Below, piece after piece: positions 27,601 through 44,461 of a stretch of 64,000 nucleotides of DNA. How positions within the stretch are numbered: the stretch's first letter is position 1; each line of letters opens with the position of its first letter. This DNA is from Eledone cirrhosa (taxonomy: Eukaryota): NCBI GenBank assembly GCA_964016885.1, contig OZ024740.1, forward strand, positions 324,942,001-325,006,000. Direction: 5' to 3'. A program made the position numbers and the translations under genes. The notes under the pieces were generated by a model, which was given only the letters and a program-made list of their open reading frames with translations, was not told where the DNA came from and ran no database searches.

Positions 27601-27799
27601 CGCAATGTGTATGTGTGTTTGTGTGAATGTATGTGTGTATAAAAGGAAGGAAAGGGATACACACATATATATGTCTAACTTTAAAACAGTGACACACACA
27701 CACGTGTCTTTAATTTAAGAACGCCGACAAACTCATGCGCGCGCACAGACACACACTGCACTATTACCACTCAAGAGCTTTGGCCCGGGCAAACATCTC

Positions 27800-28425
27800 A
27801 ATTTTGGCACCGTCTGCGTTGTCCTGAATTGATGGGAAAATAATTAACGGTCTTACTCTGTGCTCCTGGTCAAGAGGCAGGTGCCTTACCTAGGACGTCA
27901 CAGTTAGTGACTCTTTTGCTTCTTCCCACATTCTCGATGCAGCGGTAAGGGCGAGAGCTACATCATCCGCAGCTGAACGGAACAAAATCCTAAAATACGC
28001 TGTTCTGTCAGCTAACTACATTATCCAGCCTGTGGCGTTGGAGACGTTTGGGGGAGTCGGCCACTGACAGCAAGATTCTTATCTTCACTGGCGGCTCGCC
28101 AAACAGAGGTAACAGCTGATGTTCGTGAGGACACTTGGTTGTTCCAGCACCTCAGCCTTGCCATTACCCCAGGTAACGTTGCGAGCGTTCTGGCTTGTCT
28201 CAAATATTATTAGAGAGGTTTCCCAGTGCTCCTCGCTATATTTCGATCTTTTGCTCTGGTAGCGACTTGATTTTTCACTCTTTCGCCTGCATATTGTTCT
28301 GTGGCCTAAGATGTGTGTATTTTTTCCTCTTTCTTTTTCCCTTTCCCTTTCCTTTGTATATATTATATTTGTTAGTGTTTTCGTTCTGTAACCATTACAT
28401 TAAATGAGTTTAAAAAAAAAAAGAG
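27800..28425 (+). mobile_element. CRE-clade non-LTR retrotransposon 3' fragment (restriction-like endonuclease)
   Basis: From 27831: DGK..GLTL.SWSRGRCLT*DVTVSDSFASSH..AAERNKILKY..IQPVALETFGG / ..QHLSLAITPGNVASVL; poly(A) ~28412. Confidence 0.8.
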
Positions 28426-29584
28426 TTAATAAATAAATAAAGAGTTAATAAATAAATAAAATATTGTACTTGTTTTACCCTCCCATTTCCAATTCACCGA
28501 ACGCTATCATGACTGTATGTGTGTGAGTGTGTAAATGTATATGTGTGAATGCATGTATGTTTGTGTGAAAGTATGTGTGAATGTATGTGTATTTGTGTGA
28601 ATTATGTCCGTGAGCGTGTATTCTTATAAGTTTGTGTTTGCGCGATTATAGTTATATACTCATAATAGTTATATACTCATACATATAGATGTATGTGCAC
28701 ACTCATACGCGTCAGCGTGTAGAAAATCATAATCTCTCTATCTCTCTCATTACACACTCTCTCTTTCTATATATATGGTAGTTGAAGTGGTGGTGGTGGC
28801 GACGATATACCGGAAGCGCAACTTTGAGAAGAAATCAATTTTAAATTATTTATTTTTACGAAATTATTCATGTTTACGAAATTTAGTACATGAATTATGT
28901 AATATTCATTGTGCCTATATAAGAAACCATTATTTATTCAAAGTAATCCAACTTATTTTACGAACTAAAAGAATTAAACCGTACGCAGTCCCGCACACCT
29001 AACTTTATTATAGTTTAGATACTGCATATATATTTATAAAAGTGTATGCGTATATGTATAGTTGTTTCATTAGGTGTGTTCGTCTGCCGAAGGTATGAAA
29101 AAAAAAGCAACACTTGCTTTGAAATTGATGTCACTTAAGATATTGGTTCTGTCATAAATCCTGTACATTTTCTTGACATTCTCGTCGACATAAGCGACCA
29201 TTGATTGACTCGCTGGAAACATATTAAGAACGAGGCTATTTTTCAACAATTCCAATGTGAATTAAACGGAAATAAATCAAATAAGCTTAATGTCAAATGT
29301 TTTGTATCCGAAAGATCTGTTAATTATGAAAACAATTACGAATTATGCACTTGGGTAGTGGGTATTTAATGGAGAAGATGCTGTAAATGTTGATTAAAAG
29401 GAAGTGCATTAGGGCACATCGTCATCGCCTTGAGGCACAGGCTGTAACGAAATAAATCTGTCAGACTAATTAATCTATTATTTAGTTATATATATATTTT
29501 TAAATAAAAGAAATGATCATGCAATTAATTAGATAATTTACCAATTAGTTAATCATTTGATAAACGTAAAATGAAAAGCAGCAA

Positions 29585-30255
29585 ATGGAGGACCATTGTG
29601 GAGGGGAGATGTACCGAAAGGACAGAATTGTGAATGTCCTTTACTGGAAGAGAGTTAGATAGTTGTCGCTGATAAGGATAGAATTACCAACGTGTTAACC
29701 CCAGATGATAGCGAGGGAATTGGACCGAAAGGGCAGAAGTGTGAAATGTTACAGTGGAAGATAACGAAGTCGATGTAATGAAGGGACAGAATGGCAAAGG
29801 ACAACGGCTACGGATGTGGATAACTAAGGATGTGTACAGAAAGGACAGAATTGTGAATGTGTTATCCAGGCGGATAACCAATGAGGTACGCTAAAAAGAC
29901 GGAATTGAGAATGCGTTACCCAGGTGGATAACGATGGAGGTACGCTAAAAGGACAGCATTGCGGATGTGTTACCCCGATACGGGGTAACAAGGGGATAAA
30001 AGATAAAATCCTGTTACCCAGGAGGACAATGGAGTGGACAGCGATCCGTCCGTTGAAAGGAAAGAATTGGAAATGTATTACACTATCTGGATAGCAAGGG
30101 CGACAAAGGACAAAACTGGGACTGTGTTAGCCAGGAGGATAATGATGGAGATCCGTTAAAAGGAAAGAACTGAAAATGTGTTATCCCGTATCAGAATATC
30201 AGGGGAGATAAAGGACAGAATTGTGAATGTGTTACCCAAGAGAATACAGAAGGGG
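29585..30255. repeat. Degenerate ~50-60 bp minisatellite (AAAGGACAGAATTGTGAATGTGTTACCCAG..GATAAC)
   Basis: About 11 diverged tandem units. Confidence 0.8.
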
Positions 30256-30576
30256 ATGTGCTAGATTCTGCTAATATTTCTGTAATTCTAGTATGTATGA
30301 GGTTTGTAAATGAGATAATAATTAACTTTCAAATGCTGACGCTAATAAAATATAACCTAGATATTTTATGTTTTTCTTTTCTCCTGTTTAGCTTTGTTAA
30401 AATGAATTCCAATAAAATAAGGTTCGCTGGCAGTTAGAAAATAGAAATGTTTGAGCATTATGTATTGGATTGCTTCTATGTCAATATCATTAATCAGCAA
30501 CTGTGTATATATTCACTGAAAGTTATTTCAAGGAAAATAATATCCCGCTTACACTTTCTCTCTCTCTCTCTTTCTC

Positions 30577-30687
<111 letters not shown>

Positions 30688-30934
30688 CTCTCTCTAACAT
30701 AACACTTCACTCTCTTTCTGTTTCTCTCCTACTCTCTGTCTCTCTCTATATATATGTATATATGTTTGTATGTCTTGCATGTATATATGTTTATATGTGT
30801 GTGTGCGTCTGTATACGTATATGTATATGTGTGCGTGTGTATACGTATATATATATATATATATATATACGTACATGTATATGTATTCGTACATATATAT
30901 ATGTATATATATATTTATACATAAATATGTATGC

Positions 30935-31013
<79 letters not shown>

Positions 31014-31699
31014 AATACATATATATATATGTATATATGCATACATACATATCCGTTCACGCACACACACACACACATATGTGCGTGTGTGTGTGTACGC
31101 GCGCGCGTGTGTGTGTTTGTGTGTATACGTATATAGATACATATATGTATATATGCATACATACATATACGTACACGCACACACATATATATATATATGT
31201 GTGTGTGTATGTGTGTATGTGTGTGTGTACGTGTGTGTTTGTATATATGTGGTGTCTGCAGGTGTGTATGAATTTAGAAGTTAGCAGTGGCAATATTTGG
31301 ATTGATTCTACTTTATTTCATTTACAAATGAGAAAACCTCATCAAATTCTCACCACAGAAAGAAAGAAGAAGAAAACTCATAGAAATAGAAACAAAATTA
31401 GAAAATTATTGTAGATCGTCTGATTTTTCAACAAGATATTAATATATATTTCAAACATTACGCTCTTCTTCAATACAATTTCTGCATCAATCTGGCTCCT
31501 TATATTGCACTATTAACACTTTTCACTCGTTTCGCACAATGTTCAAAATATTATGAAACAAACTGCCTCATTTTTAGATTTACGAAAACAAATTAAAAAA
31601 AAAGAAATCTTTTAAATTACATATAAATCGAATATCCGTTTCAATATATCACAAACATAAACATATACATTCACCCCGCACCATATATATATATGAATG

Positions 31700-31805
<106 letters not shown>

Positions 31806-32059
31806 AATACATATATATACATATTTATATATATATATATAAATATATATATATATACATACATATATATGTGTATGTGTGTCTGTTTGTGTGTGTTCGT
31901 GTGTGTGCGCGTGTGTATACACAAACACGCACACATATATATGATGGAAAGCTTGATAAAATCTTGATGTTAGATCTTAGATGAAAAGATGGACCAGACG
32001 AGATTTTTCTAAGTTCTTTATACCTTTATGGCAGATATTTCATACTTCAAAAGCAGTAA

Positions 32060-32285
32060 GAGGCATGTTCACAGATTTAAGATTGTAACTTTAGTTTGTT
32101 ATTATATCGAGTAATGGTTTGCCTACATTATGTGCACCATTATGAAGTTGACTGCATAACGGTAACTTAGGGATGCTGTTTTCAGTCATCCGTAGAACAT
32201 GACCAGCCCATCTAAGTTGCATTAGAAAGGACTCAATCCCACCGAAGTTACACCTCGTGAATCGATCAGCGTAGGGCACTCGAAA
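32060..32285 (-). mobile_element. RTE/BovB-like LINE fragment
   Basis: GIESFLMQLRWAGHVLRMTENSIPKL..GAHNVGKP. Confidence 0.75.
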
Positions 32286-32299
32286 ATGCATTGCCACAG

Positions 32300-32882
32300 A
32301 CATAGCGAAACCAACGTTTGTGGAAGACAACAACCTTCTATATAAATATAGGTGCGATAAAATGTCCATGATACCGAGCCAAGTAAAAGTGTTGTTAGAA
32401 CCACTGTACGATAAACTGCAAATTTGGTTTTTCAGGAATATACCTCTAACATTTGGAAATGTTGATAACAAAAGTTTTTATGCAAATGTTTGCACGAACC
32501 CAATGAAAAACACACATCAAATATTGGATGGCCGTCGACCTTCATTTGTTTTCCCGCCCTCATTCTGCCAATGTAGAACTCCTTACATTTGGTGCATTCA
32601 ATCCGGTATACCACATGTGTCCGCTGGCACATACCTGTATAGGGCAGTTAGTCAGCAAGCATTGATTGTTGTTGACTCTGGATTGCTTTTGAGTCAGGTA
32701 TCCACGCAGTGAAGGGCCGGCGTGTGCTAATTCTTTGTCCAGCCCTTCTTTGCGGATAGCTGTGGTTATGGTTTCGCTGAAATGTGGTCAATTCATGAAG
32801 CCGGTCTTAGAGGAGGATTTATACCTGCGGCGCCTTCGATTCTTAAGTCGGTTCACCCTGGATGTTGGGTAGCACGACTCGA
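32300..32882 (-). mobile_element. PLE fragment (Cys linker + GIY-YIG)
   Basis: AIRKEGL..GPSLRGYL..CLLTNCPI / CQRTHVVYRIECTKCKEFYIG. Confidence 0.75.
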
Positions 32883-32884
32883 GC

Positions 32885-33425
32885 TCTCCAAAATCGCATT
32901 AAAGAACACCTCAACACACACGCAAATGTAGAAACATCAGTCAACATATGACCATTACTATTAAAGCCAGTGATAGAAACGTGGACAATTTAATAATTAA
33001 GGAAGCCTTCCTCATACGTAAACTCATCCCGCAAATAAATTGTAGATTAGAACTCAGCACACAGTACGTAACATAAAAGGACACACCCATAGGTATAAAA
33101 ACTAAACATCTCATACGAAAAAGAAAATTGATTTCGCGAAATACCATATTGTCAATGGACGTCATTATCGGGAAGAGAGAAATAACCATAAAAAATCGCT
33201 TGAAAACGACTTAGAAAAAATTTAAATCAAAATCAAATTTGGAACATTATCCACTGAAAGTTCCTTAAACCCTGAAGAAAGGACTTTCAGGTCCTGAAAC
33301 TGAAATATTGGACAGATAAAAGAACAAAAACCCCAAAACAAAACAAAGATTACCAGGTGACTCACTTTTCGTTACCTCATCTTACAGTCCATTTTGCATT
33401 GTTTAGCCTTCTAACTCTTTCAAAG
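32885..33425 (+). mobile_element. PLE 3' fragment (end of GIY-YIG + pLTR with HHR core at 33272-33300)
   Basis: NRIKEHLN..DNLIIKEAFLIRKLIPQIN; CTGAAGA-aAGGAC/GTCCT-GAAAC. Confidence 0.7.
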
Positions 33426-33480
<55 letters not shown>

Positions 33481-33481
<1 letters not shown>

Positions 33482-35432
33482 TAGCATTAAAGCCCGGCGT
33501 TGCTCGGGGTCATTAAGTTACCAAAGTTAGGTTGCACCACCCATTTTATGGCAGCACTTTTTTGTCTGCCAGGCACTGGGTGAATGAATTGCAAACCTGG
33601 AAGCATGAGCTGCGCCAACAGTGACAATTGTAGTTTCGCCTATGGATATTATCTCTGTGCAAAAAAGTGTTGAAATTTATTGGTTCACAGTACTTGCGCA
33701 ACACGCGCGTAGACGATGCCAGCCGAACAACAGAGCTGCGATGGAGTTGTTCTGCATGGTTGTCTGTGTGTTTTCTAAATTTAAGACAGTAGGGAGGGTT
33801 GTGATATGAGGGAGAGTTAGCTGTTGTTTCTAGCAGGTTTAGTGACCTCATAGAGGATATGTGTTTTCTAAATTTAAGACAGTAGGGAGTGGTGTGATAT
33901 GGGGGAGAGTTAGCTGCTGTTTCTAGCAGGTTTAATGACCTCATAATAGATATGTTTTCTAAATTTAAGACAGTAGGGAGGGGTGTGATATGGGGGAGAG
34001 TTAGCTGCTGTTTCTAGCAGGTTTAGTAACCTCATAGAGGATATGTGTTTTCTAAATTTAAGACAGTAGGGAGTTACTTAAAGATAGAAATTGTAATGTG
34101 AATGAAATTTGGAAAAATTTTGACCGTGGAAATAAAAGAAACAAATATTTGGAGTTGAAAGAAATTGTTTAGGTAAGTATAGCGACAGTGTGTGTAAAGT
34201 TTATTGAAACGTGAGTTAAAAAAAAAAAAATGATGTGAGATTTGTAAGAAAGGAAGTTGTTTACGTACATGTGAAAATATTTGTGTAAAGTGTATAGAAA
34301 CGTAAATTGAAACAAATAAAATGAACTGACATTTTTAAGAAAAGAATTTTTTTACGTACATGTTGCAAATGGAAAATGTTTGTGGTTATAAATCCCGCAC
34401 GTTGTTTAATTGAAGTGAGTGTGTGTTTGTATGCGTTTGGAAATAAATTAGTAAGTTTGAATTCCCGCACGTTGTTTAATTGAAGTGAGTGTGTGTTTGT
34501 ATGCGTTTGGAAATAAATCAGTAAGTTTGAAGTATAAAAGAAAAAGTAGCAAAATGTGTGGGTTGTAGATAAAGGAGGAGAGCAGATGATATTATAGAGT
34601 AAAACGGACAGTATCACCATCAAGCTTGGAAAGAGAAAGTAGCAGAAAGTATGAAGTTGTATAGATTTTTAATGGTAGTGGAAAGAGTTTAGCAGTTTAA
34701 ATGACAGAGAAAAATCGTAAAATATTGAGTTTTATCTATTTTTTGCGTAATTGTGGGTGAAACTGAAAAAATTATCTGTGCCACGACGCAATCGAAACTA
34801 TTTCGAATACTGAATTGTAAATTTCAATTGAAGAAATTCAATATCGTAGATTTCTATAAGAAAGGAGCATGTTTGAATTCCCGCACGTTGTTTAATTGAA
34901 GTGAGTGTGTGTTTGTATGCGTTTGGAAATAAATTAGTAAGTTTGAAGTATAAAACAGAAAGTAGCAAAATGTGTGGGTTGTAGATAGAGGAGGTAAGCA
35001 GATGATATTATAGAGTAAAACGGACAGTGTTTGTATGCGTTTGGAAATAAATCAGTAAGTTTGAAGTATAAAAGAAAAAGTAGCAAAATGTGTGGGTTGT
35101 AGATAAAGGAGGAGAGCAGATGATATTATAGAGTAAAACGGACAGTATCACCATCAAGCTTGGAAAGAGAAAGTAGCAGAAAGTATGAAGTTGTATAGAT
35201 TTTTAATGGTAGTGGAAAGAGTTTAGCAGTTTAAATGACAGAGAAAAATCGTAAAATATTGAGTTTTATCTATTTTTTGCCTAATTGTGGGTGAAATTGA
35301 AAAAATTATCTGCGTCAAGACGCAATCGAAACTATTTCGACTACTGAATGGTAAATTTCAATTGAAGAAATTCTATATTGTAGATTTCTATAACGAAGAA
35401 CTTGACCACGCACTAAGCTTTATAGATTATGA
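33481..35432 (-). mobile_element. Non-autonomous Helitron
   Basis: Minus strand begins TC(ATAATCTATAAAG), ends CCCGAGCAACGCCGGG hairpin then CTAG; inserted between A and T in a (TA)n tract. Confidence 0.85.
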
Positions 35433-35475
35433 TATATATATATATAACTATACATACATTCATATATATATATAT

Positions 35476-35885
35476 ATGAATGTATGTATAGTATATTTGG
35501 CAATATACCGTACGTTTAATTAAAAACATTTAGAAGACCATACGCTATCAGTTTTAAAGTAGTGACTATGTCACTTACTTCTTTTCGGCAGTCTGTTTCA
35601 TCAGAAAAACGCACTCCCCTGCTTCCGCCGAAAATTATAGAAGCTCCTGATTATTACTGGAATTCTATAAGAATCCAGCTTCGATAATTTTCGGCGGAAG
35701 CAGGGGAGTGCGTGTTTCTGATGAACGCCAACCAGCGTGAAACAGACTATTACCTTCTCTCCCTTCTTTCGCCGGAAAGACGTAAGTGACATAATCACTA
35801 CTTTAAAACTGCTAGCGTATGGTCTTCTAAATGTTTTTAATTAAACATACAGTATATTGCCAAGTATACTATACATAAATTCATA
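35476..35885. mobile_element. Fold-back element with ~190-bp imperfect inverted arms and an HHR core (35718-35742)
   Basis: Arms are reverse complements around 35645-35675; CTGATGA-ACGC/GCGT-GAAAC on the right arm, stem II deleted on the left arm. Confidence 0.75.
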
Positions 35886-35926
35886 TATACATCGCTATTT
35901 CAGAGCACCACTCCTATATATACTCG

Positions 35927-36087
<161 letters not shown>

Positions 36088-36494
36088 ATATATATATGCC
36101 TAAATGATGTTGGCATCACCTTTAACGTACACCCAAGGCTTGGACCCCGTGCTATCCGCCCACGATAAAAATCTCACTCGCATCTCATAACAACAATACG
36201 GCACAATTACTTCACCTCAATTGGCCCCCCTCTCTTTTACATTACACCAAAACACATTAAAACAGAAATAGACCCCATCGTATTCAAGAGGTCTTTGGAC
36301 AAATTCCTTCAAGAAATTCCGGATAAGTCTCCACCCGGATATGCCTCCGTAAACAATAACTCTCTACTTGAGTGGGCCATGGTGCCCAAATCCTGATTTG
36401 AAAAATTCTGCCAGGGTGTGCTATTAAGTTAGACATGGGCTGGGCCAATACTGGCAGAAATCCATCAAAGTTATATACATATATATATATAAAG

Positions 36495-36544
<50 letters not shown>

Positions 36545-36745
36545 GGAACGAGTAAGACCCCGGCGGCTGAGCTCAAGCCGTTTCGACGGCTAATTCTGGA
36601 CTAATTCTAGTCCAGAATTAACCATCGAAACGGCTTGAGCTCAGCCGTCGGGGTCTTACTCGTTCCTATTACCCACTCTACTACCCTAAGTATTGAGTAC
36701 TTTGGTGCGTTATGGTCCACATGGCTCCTTACCACATTTCCTTCG

Positions 36746-36748
<3 letters not shown>
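36545..36748 (+). mobile_element. Family P fold-back pLTR
   Basis: ~58-bp inverted arms centred on GGACTA-ATTC-TAGTCC, then an ~80-bp unpaired tail to TTCGTTA(TA)n. Confidence 0.8.
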
Positions 36749-36805
<57 letters not shown>

Positions 36806-36865
36806 CATATACACACACACAAACACACACATATATATATATATATTTATACTTTTATGTATATT

Positions 36866-36902
<37 letters not shown>

Positions 36903-37259
36903 ATGCTTTATATATATATATATATATTTATATGTGTATATATATATATTTATATATATATAAACGGAAAAAAATGAAACGAAATTTCATTTCCCACTCT
37001 TAGTACGGCTGTTACTTAAATATAAGTATGTACACGTACATATATATATGTATACAGACATACAGTAGTATGTATATATATGTACATACATGCACACATA
37101 TATATATGTACGTATGGATTCACCGAACATTTATTATAATGCTCGGTGTTTACATATGTGTGCATGTATGTATATATATATATATACATACTACTGTATG
37201 TCTGTATACATATATGTATGTACGTGTACATATATGTATGTACGTGTACATACTTATAT

Positions 37260-37322
<63 letters not shown>

Positions 37323-37343
37323 CTGATATATATATATATATAT

Positions 37344-38730
<1,387 letters not shown>

Positions 38731-39147
38731 TAGTGACGCAAACACCGTCTGATATCAACACGAGTCAAAAAGTTGATAGAGGGAAATTATCCGTTATCTT
38801 AGAGTGGCAATTATACATTCAATTTTGAAAGGGATTTCATTGTTCAGAGAACATAGACAGTTTCGTGAAATCAGACAGAAAATAACAACACAAATACATG
38901 GAAAAATCATTTACCTGAGCCGACGTCGTTTTCTGTCACGCATAGCTAAGAGCATAATGCGCATTTACAGCAATTGTATTTATGCAGATACACAGAAGCA
39001 ATAACACACGCACATACATTCTCAAACATACACACATACAGATATATGTGTGTATGTATGTATTTCAAAAATTTTATTTAGAATGCACAGTTACATGTGC
39101 TCATTCAACTAATGTTAGAAAGTACAACGGTACTTTAAACATCCACG

Positions 39148-39245
<98 letters not shown>

Positions 39246-39552
39246 CATATATATATAATTATATATATATATATATATATAATTATATATATATACGTGT
39301 AATTATATATATATAATCGTATGTATATATAATATAATTATAAATATATAAAATTATATATATATATATAATCGTATGTATATATACATATATATACATA
39401 TATATATATAATATCATATATATATATATATAATCGTATGTGTATATACATATATATACATATATATATATATAATATCATATATATATATAATCGTATG
39501 TATATATACATATATATACATATATATATATATATATAATATCATATATACA

Positions 39553-39625
<73 letters not shown>

Positions 39626-40011
39626 TATTTCAATGTATATATGTAAATATCTGTATGTATCTATGTATAAGTACATGTATAGGACAATACATACATCAAC
39701 ACATACCTATACACTTATCCTCATATACTCCATTAATTAGTTGGCACTCTTGTCATTTCTCTTTACCAAAAATAGTGACATTACTCTTCACTTCCATCCT
39801 AAAATAGAATAGCACTCATTACATTTTTATGGGTTGTCTCTAAAAATTATTGTTCTTCTTTTACTGTCTTCGTTTCGTTTTTGCTTTTTATTTCTTACGA
39901 TCTTCTAACTACTTATCAGTAAAAAGTTGAAAATACGAAATAAAAAATTCCTGTTAACTTTCTCTCTCTCCCTCTATCTCGCTCTCTCTCCCTCTCCCCC
40001 TCTCTCTCTCT

Positions 40012-40130
<119 letters not shown>

Positions 40131-40145
40131 TAAATATATATATAA

Positions 40146-40225
<80 letters not shown>

Positions 40226-40343
40226 AGATAGAGAGAAAGTGAAAGTGAGGGAGAGAGAAAAAAATATAAACATATAAATATATAAAGTAAAGCAAAAGGC
40301 GAAACTGAACGTAAATTCGTCAAACCGTAATACTGCAATATAT

Positions 40344-40427
<84 letters not shown>

Positions 40428-40482
40428 CAGTATTACGGTTTGACGAATTTACGTTCAGTTTCGCCTTTTGGTTTACTTTATA

Positions 40483-40592
<110 letters not shown>

Positions 40593-41199
40593 TGTGTTTG
40601 TGTTCCATATAAAATGCAAAAAGGAAATAAGCAAAATATCGCTTTCCTTTTATTATAACTTAAATACATGAAAGAGTGTTAAAGCGTGTACAATGTCTTC
40701 TTTTGAACTAACGTATTGTTTTTCTCTATCTCTCACTTTCGTCTTCTCTCTCTCCCTTTCTCTACATTCCTCCATATTGTTCTCTCTTTTTCCTTACACA
40801 CGCATGTATGTATGTATGTATGTATATATGTATGTATTTGCGCATATATATATGTATGTATGTGTGAATGTGTATTATCTATGTGTTTATGTATCTATGT
40901 ATGTATTTGTGTTTCTGTCTGTTACTATACTTCAGTTTACCCTACACCACTATTTCACTCCATTCTTCCACCACTTTGATAGTTAACCACCACCTCCAGC
41001 CCGCCACCATTACCATCACAACCACTTTCACTAATAAGAACAAAAACACCCCCACGACATTCATCGCCATCATCATCATCAATATGTATCTCTTATCATT
41101 GTTATTGTTATAGCTTTCTTAAAATATTTATTGCTGAGTAGTATTTCTCCTGAGACTTGTAATGTCTCCTATTATTTTTATTGCTATTGTTTTATTATT

Positions 41200-42780
41200 A
41201 AGGCGGTTGATTTTGCCGAGTCTTTAGACCGTTGGATATTTATTTTAGGTCTCTGCATTCTCAGTTCAAATCCGGCAGAGGTCCACATTGCCTATCATAA
41301 TTTCAGAGTCGATAAAGAAAGTCCTAGCCCAGTTCCAGTGCAACCTTGTCTGCTGCGAGCATCTGGAGCGTGAGGGGGACGTTGGAGATGGCGTCTGTAT
41401 CTGTGTCTGCTGACGGTTGCATGGGGTACCTAAAACCCTTAGAGAAAGCATGGTAAATACTACCAATTCATATTCTATTACGAGTGATGGTTGTATCATT
41501 ATTATTATAACTATAGCAAAGGCGGTGGATTGGCAGATCGGTAGAACGTCGGACATCAAGTTTTGCGGCTCTTTACGTTCTGAGTTCAAATCCCACCTAG
41601 GTTAGCTTTGCCTTTCCTCCCTACGGGGTTTATGAATAAAGTACCAGTAATGCACTGGAGTCGATTTAATCGACTTTCCCCTCCCCCAAATTCCTGGCAT
41701 TGTGCCTATAATAGAAACAATTATTAGTACTATAGCAGTATCGGGAAAGAGTTGGACAAAATGTTTTGCGGTACTTAGTTATAAGTAACTACAACCTGAG
41801 TTCAAATCCCACTGTAGTTGACTATGCCTTTTATCCTTACCAGGTCGATAAAATAAAGTACCAGTTAAGTCTTGGGGTTGATATCATAGATTTCCCTTTC
41901 CTTTCAAGCGTTGTGTCAAATGTAGAAACAACAATTATTATTGTGCCCTCTAGTGGCAAGATTGACCAGGGGGGATGGGACTACATTGATTATGCTTTTC
42001 TAAGCCCACGGAGGTCAACTTTACCTTTCACACTTCGATACTACTAAAATAATGTGAAAATCAAATACTTTTATTGATATAATTCATTATTCACCTGGCT
42101 CTAAATGTGAAACCTTATGCCTTTGATAAAACTTAAGTTGGTTTGGCTTTTTGCGAAGGATACTACAATGCATGTTAACTATAAAATAGAGAGAAATTAG
42201 ACGGAAAAAGTAGAGAATTGCCTACTTGAATCGAACGACGCAGATTCTGTATGCCATAAGAGTTCAGGCCATTAGTCCCTTGCTAATCTGAGTTCAAATC
42301 CCGCCGAGGTTAACTTTGCCTTTCATCCTTACAGGGTCGATAAAATAAAGTACCAGTAATGTACTGGGTAATTGCTGGCCTTGTGCCAAAAAGTAGAAAC
42401 GATTATTATTCAAATATTATTATTATTCAAATCCTGCCGAGGTTAACTTTGCCTTTCATCCTTACAGGGTCGATAAAATAAAGTACCAGTAATGTACTGG
42501 GTATTTGCTGGCCTTGTGCCAAAAGTAGAAACAATTATTAATATTATTCTTATTAATGCGTTGGATTGGCAGAATCAGTAGAGCGTCGGAGAACATGATT
42601 AGTGTCATAGAGTTACGGCCCTTTACGTTCTGATTTCAAATCCCACCGATGTTAGCTTTGACTTTCATCCTTAGAGGGTCGATAAAATAAAATACTAGTA
42701 ATGCACTGGAGTCGATTTAATTGCTTTTCCCCTTCCCCCAAAATTGTTGGCCTTGTGCCTAAACCAGAAACCATTATTAT
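41200..42780 (+). mobile_element. Same-orientation pile-up of about 7 family A SINEs
   Basis: Repeated GTTCAAATCC..GCCTTTCATCC..GATAAAATAAAGTACCAG..GTAGAAAC(TTA)n modules. Confidence 0.85.
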
Positions 42781-42978
42781 GTTTGTTATTTGTTTATTAT
42801 TGTATCTTATTTATTACGATAGTCTGTAGAGTGACGGACAAAATATCTTGTGGTATTTAATATATCCTTTTTCCTTCTGTGTTCAGATTCGGTTAATCAT
42901 TGGATAAATCAGCAATTCTGGTCGAAATTGCCATGGAAGAAAATCCCGTGAACTTAGAATATTCACTATGTAAATTAT

Positions 42979-43031
42979 ACACACACACACACACTCACAC
43001 ACACACTCACTCACTCACACACACACACACA

Positions 43032-43104
<73 letters not shown>

Positions 43105-43241
43105 ACACGCACGCACACACACATACACACTCTCACACACACACACAGACATACACACACACACACACACACTCACACACACACACACGCACGCACACAC
43201 TCACACACACACACTCACTCACACACACACACACACACACA

Positions 43242-43326
<85 letters not shown>

Positions 43327-43368
43327 ACTCACACACTCACACACACACACACACACACACTCACACAG

Positions 43369-43399
<31 letters not shown>

Positions 43400-43400
43400 C
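42979..43400. repeat. Long compound (CA)n/(CACT)n microsatellite
   Basis: Direct observation. Confidence 0.95.
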
Positions 43401-43807
43401 AGAGATAGATATATAGAGATAGATATATAGAGAGAGAAAGAAAGCGAGAGAGAGAGAAAGAGAGAGAGAGAGCAAGACAGAGCTAGTGAGTGAGAGACAA
43501 AGTGATAGAGAGTGTGATAGATACGTAGGTACGTAGGTAGATATATCGAGAGAGAGAAGAAAAAAGAGAGAATAAGATACCAAGAGGAGAGACAGAGAGA
43601 GAGGGATTATAATATCTGCAAATCTTACTAGCAGACAAATGAAACAACTACCATCAATAGACAATATATTGCGTAGAAACTCAATCTGTTAATTAGAAGC
43701 CATATTGGATTAAATTGTAATAACAGAGCCAAATAAGATAAGAACAGAATCAACATACACATATGTACACCTCTTTTTCTCTCTCTTTCTCTCTTTATTT
43801 CTCTATC

Positions 43808-43870
<63 letters not shown>

Positions 43871-43880
43871 CTTCTTTCTT

Positions 43881-43926
<46 letters not shown>

Positions 43927-44124
43927 TCTCTCTCTCTCTCTCTCTATGTATATATATATATATAATTATATATAATTAAACTATGTATATATATATATAT
44001 AATTATATATAATTAAACAATGCTAAAAAATATTTATTCGCACACACACAAACACAACACAGGTATATTTGCATGTGGCACTATTATGAATTGATTATAA
44101 ATATGTATATGTATTAATGTATAA

Positions 44125-44162
<38 letters not shown>

Positions 44163-44234
44163 GTGTGTATATATGTGTATGTATATATGTATATAAAAGT
44201 ATGTGTATACGTATATTTATGTATATATATATGT

Positions 44235-44284
<50 letters not shown>

Positions 44285-44377
44285 GTATATATATATGTAT
44301 ATATATGTATATATATATATATATATATATGCATATATATATATATGCACATGTATATGCATGTATATATACAGATA

Positions 44378-44461
<84 letters not shown>

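Noticed and set aside
35476-35885. Classical MITE
   Set aside because: The arms carry a hammerhead core and lack recognisable transposase-family termini, so a PLE fold-back fits better
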